Shown piece by piece: positions 63,303 to 64,000 of a DNA stretch of 64,000 nucleotides. The first letter of the stretch is position 1. Each line of letters opens with the position of its first letter. The notes under the pieces were generated by a model that was not told the origin of the DNA, did no database searches, and saw nothing but the letters and a program-made list of their open reading frames with translations. Position numbers and translations under genes: made by a program. The stretch is from Octopus sinensis (lineage: Eukaryota), in the NCBI RefSeq assembly GCF_006345805.1, contig NC_043009.1, forward strand, positions 25,544,001-25,608,000, given 5' to 3'.

Positions 63303-63400
63303 TTTTTTCACTTTCCCGAAGAGAAGATTGCATTGTTTATACCATTTATTATTTTGAATAGTATCAGTGGAATTTTCGAAACATGTGTCGAAAGTAAAAA
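63303..63400 (+). ncRNA. Putative type I hammerhead ribozyme (mirror copy on the minus strand at 62433-62530)
   Basis: Stem I ACTTTC/GAAAGT; core CCGAAGA (CUGANGA with U4C); stem II GAAGATT/AATTTTC; GAAA; minimal stem III AC-ATGT-GT; GTC cleavage triplet ending at 63389. Confidence 0.65.
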
Positions 63401-63583
63401 TATTTGTTTACACCTGCGTTAACTCCATTTTTTATTCATATTATTTAAATATTCAACGTAAACACGAAGTTTCTACCTTTATAAAAAAGGAGTTACAACA
63501 CCTTTACTTGTGAGATTTTTGCTGCCCTGGTAACTATTTATTTATTTTTCCATGTTAATTGTTAGCAAGGTAAAAATACACTC

Positions 63584-63675
<92 letters not shown>

Positions 63676-63711
63676 GTATATATATAGAGAGAGAAAGAGA
63701 GATGCATTAGA

Positions 63712-64000
63712 GAGACGACTGCGCTGGTATGGTCATGTGAAAAAGTGCCACACCCTAGCAGTTGAGGGAACCTGTGGAAGAGGTAGACCCAGGAAGACCT
63801 GGGATGAGGTGGTGAAGCATGACCTTCAAACATTGGACCTCACTGAGGCAATGACTAGTGATCGGGACCTCTGGAAATATGCTTTGCTGCAGAAGACTCG
63901 ACAAGTGCAAGTGTGACCATAACCTTGTGGCCTATGCTAGGGGTGTAACCAGCCCACTTGTGTGTGCCTTTTCTTCATTGGACACTAAACTCTGCTTGCG
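63712..64000 (+). mobile_element. RTE LINE 3' fragment (same family, internally deleted), running off the window
   Basis: ERRLRWYGHV|KKCHTLAVEGTCGRGRPRKTWDEVVKHDL in ORF 63674..63916. Confidence 0.85.

Larger units (their letters stand above)
62392..63441 (+). mobile_element. Penelope-like element remnant: GIY-YIG endonuclease flanked by 351-bp inverted repeats
   Basis: Arms 62392-62742 and 63091-63441 differ at about 4 sites; inserted next to (TA)n; GIY-YIG frame between the arms. Confidence 0.85.

Overview
Eukaryotic, AT-rich, microsatellite-saturated genomic DNA. The SINE and RTE families and the simple-repeat load suggest an octopod cephalopod (inference). One host gene spans the window on the minus strand: a polycystin-1-like (PKD1L/PKDREJ/LOV-1 family) 11-TM receptor-channel. 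I trace it by hand through 18 GT-AG exons (about 4.06 kb of CDS over 53 kb) with consistent splice phases. It runs from a low-confidence N-terminal part through a GAIN-like region, a degenerate GPS, TM1, PLAT and TM2-5 to the polycystin channel domain. The true 5' end lies upstream or is unrecognised, and the last exon(s) are uncertain. The introns are filled with mobile DNA: a 3.8 kb LTR retrotransposon with an atypical RT/RNase H and a non-canonical PBS matching the 5' end of tRNA-Phe; several RTE LINEs; non-autonomous Helitrons forming head-to-tail arrays with captured DNA and a local inverted copy; Tc1/mariner relics; MITEs; and at least three tRNA-derived SINE families. A Penelope-like GIY-YIG cassette, missed by the ORF track, sits between 351-bp inverted repeats that each carry a hammerhead-ribozyme fold. 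Most ORFs in the supplied track are simple-repeat artefacts. All alignments and counts were done by eye.
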